This document shows, one piece after another, positions 34,916 to 35,603 of a stretch of DNA of 35,603 nt. Origin of the DNA: a virus (lineage: Duplodnaviria > Caudoviricetes). The stretch lies in the IMG/VR virus record IMGVR_UViG_3300037423_000689, positions 1 to 35,603 of that record; one strand, 5' to 3'. Below the pieces are notes generated by a model, which ran no database searches, was not told the DNA's origin, and saw only the letters and a list, made by a program, of their open reading frames with translations. Both the position numbers and the translations under genes were made by a program. The number at the start of each line of letters is the position of its first letter. Positions within the stretch are counted from its first letter, which is position 1.

Positions 34916-35164
34916 TTAGCGGATTTCCATGACCCGCACCGCCAACTGGCGCGGCGTCTTATGCTTACGAGGAGCAGCGGCGCGCAGCTTGAGTTCATCG
35001 GCGATCATCCAAACTGCTTCGCCCATGTCGTAGGCAGTGATCAGGCGGTCGCTGAAAACTTCGACGGTTTCGACCGGGAGGCCAGCGCGCTCAGCAACCG
35101 ATGACTTGAAGAACACGAAAGGCATCGTCTCTTTTGTCGCGGTGTCGTGGGCCGAGGTGTTCAT
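34916..35164 (-). CDS. Hypothetical protein, first gene after the leftward operator-controlled promoter
   Basis: AGGAG RBS, 82 aa. Confidence 0.62.
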   Translation of the reverse strand: MNTSAHDTATKETMPFVFFKSSVAERAGLPVETVEVFSDRLITAYDMGEAVWMIADELKLRAAAPRKHKTPRQLAVRVMEIR

Positions 35165-35189
35165 GTGTCCGTCTCCTGTTGTTGAGACC

Positions 35190-35255
35190 GTTTTAGGCTA
35201 AAGCGCCTATAGAGTCAACAGGAAAAATGCGAAACCGCCTAGGCGATAACGCCAT
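35190..35255 (-). promoter_or_regulatory. Leftward sigma70-like promoter with operator cluster
   Basis: Minus strand TTGACT(35218-35213)-N17-TAAAAC. Operators TAGGCTAAAGCGCCTA (35194-35209), AATGCGAAACCGCCTA (35226-35241) and TAGGCGATAACGCCAT (35240-35255). Confidence 0.72.
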
Positions 35256-35277
35256 CAGTAACGCGCCATAACGCTGC

Positions 35278-35601
35278 CTAGGCGGCGGATGCGATCGGCG
35301 CAGGATTCTGCAGCATGAGCGGCTGCCTCTGCCTGGCGACAACTTTGGGAAACTGAGTGCACGCATAATCGAACGCCGACTGCGCTTCAGGCCAACCGAA
35401 CCCTCTCACATAAAAGCCCGAGTTTGACGCACCCCGCGTGTCTACGGAGTTGTCCCACCAATAGAAGGCATACCAGAAAGCTAAGCCGCCACATGTCCAA
35501 AAGACCTTGCCGTCGTATCGGTCTGGTCTCCGGCCGTTCCTCAGAAGCCCGCTGTCCATTAGGCTATCAGACCACGGGATATCCGGCAGGTCGCGCTTGG
35601 C
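35278..35601 (-). CDS. Hypothetical Trp-rich protein, possibly 5'-truncated by the window edge
   Basis: The frame stays open upstream of ATG 35559 to the end of the window; WWD.S.D.RG.SNS.F motif. Confidence 0.6.
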   Translation of the reverse strand, partial: AKRDLPDIPWSDSLMDSGLLRNGRRPDRYDGKVFWTCGGLAFWYAFYWWDNSVDTRGASNSGFYVRGFGWPEAQSAFDYACTQFPKVVARQRQPLMLQNPAPIASAA

Positions 35602-35603
35602 AT

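Noticed and set aside
23760-35255. TAGGCG repeats as a CRISPR array or transposon ends
   Set aside because: The copies are dispersed, 16 bp long, sit within promoters and have no regular spacers. No cas or transposase genes are present.
1-35603. Integrase, att site, CI repressor, tRNA or tmRNA genes
   Set aside because: None was recognisable in the window. The AANDN codons lie inside protein ORFs, not in a tmRNA structure. Temperate versus lytic lifestyle cannot be settled here.

Overview
This window is part of a tailed dsDNA siphophage (or prophage) genome with HK97-type head genes. The gene content and GTA-like tail genes suggest an alphaproteobacterial, probably rhizobial, host; this is an inference. 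From left to right on the + strand: terminase small and large subunits, portal, prohead protease, major capsid, head-completion genes, tail tube, tail assembly chaperones joined by a G GGA AAC -1 frameshift, tape measure, tail tip genes, three paralogous small tail proteins, a beta-helix tailspike, a lysis cassette (holin, SAR-type GH24 endolysin, Rz/Rz1), an HNH endonuclease and a tightly coupled accessory operon (24565-32185). A convergent minus-strand arm follows, with an H-NS-like protein, a DnaQ/epsilon homologue and several hypotheticals. The main highlights are: (1) an apparent phage-encoded MotA/TolQ/ExbB-like plus Asp-bearing MotB/TolR-like membrane pair, co-transcribed with a lipoprotein serine protease and many small membrane proteins; (2) a 16-bp palindromic operator TAGGCG-N4-(C/A)GCCTA inside three sigma70-type promoters and upstream of terS; (3) three nucleotide-metabolism enzymes each carrying AANDN, the start of the alphaproteobacterial tmRNA tag; (4) an antisense FkbM methyltransferase moron abutting the tailspike. 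No integrase, repressor, tRNA, rRNA or CRISPR array was seen. All assignments come from reading motifs and synteny; no database searches were run.
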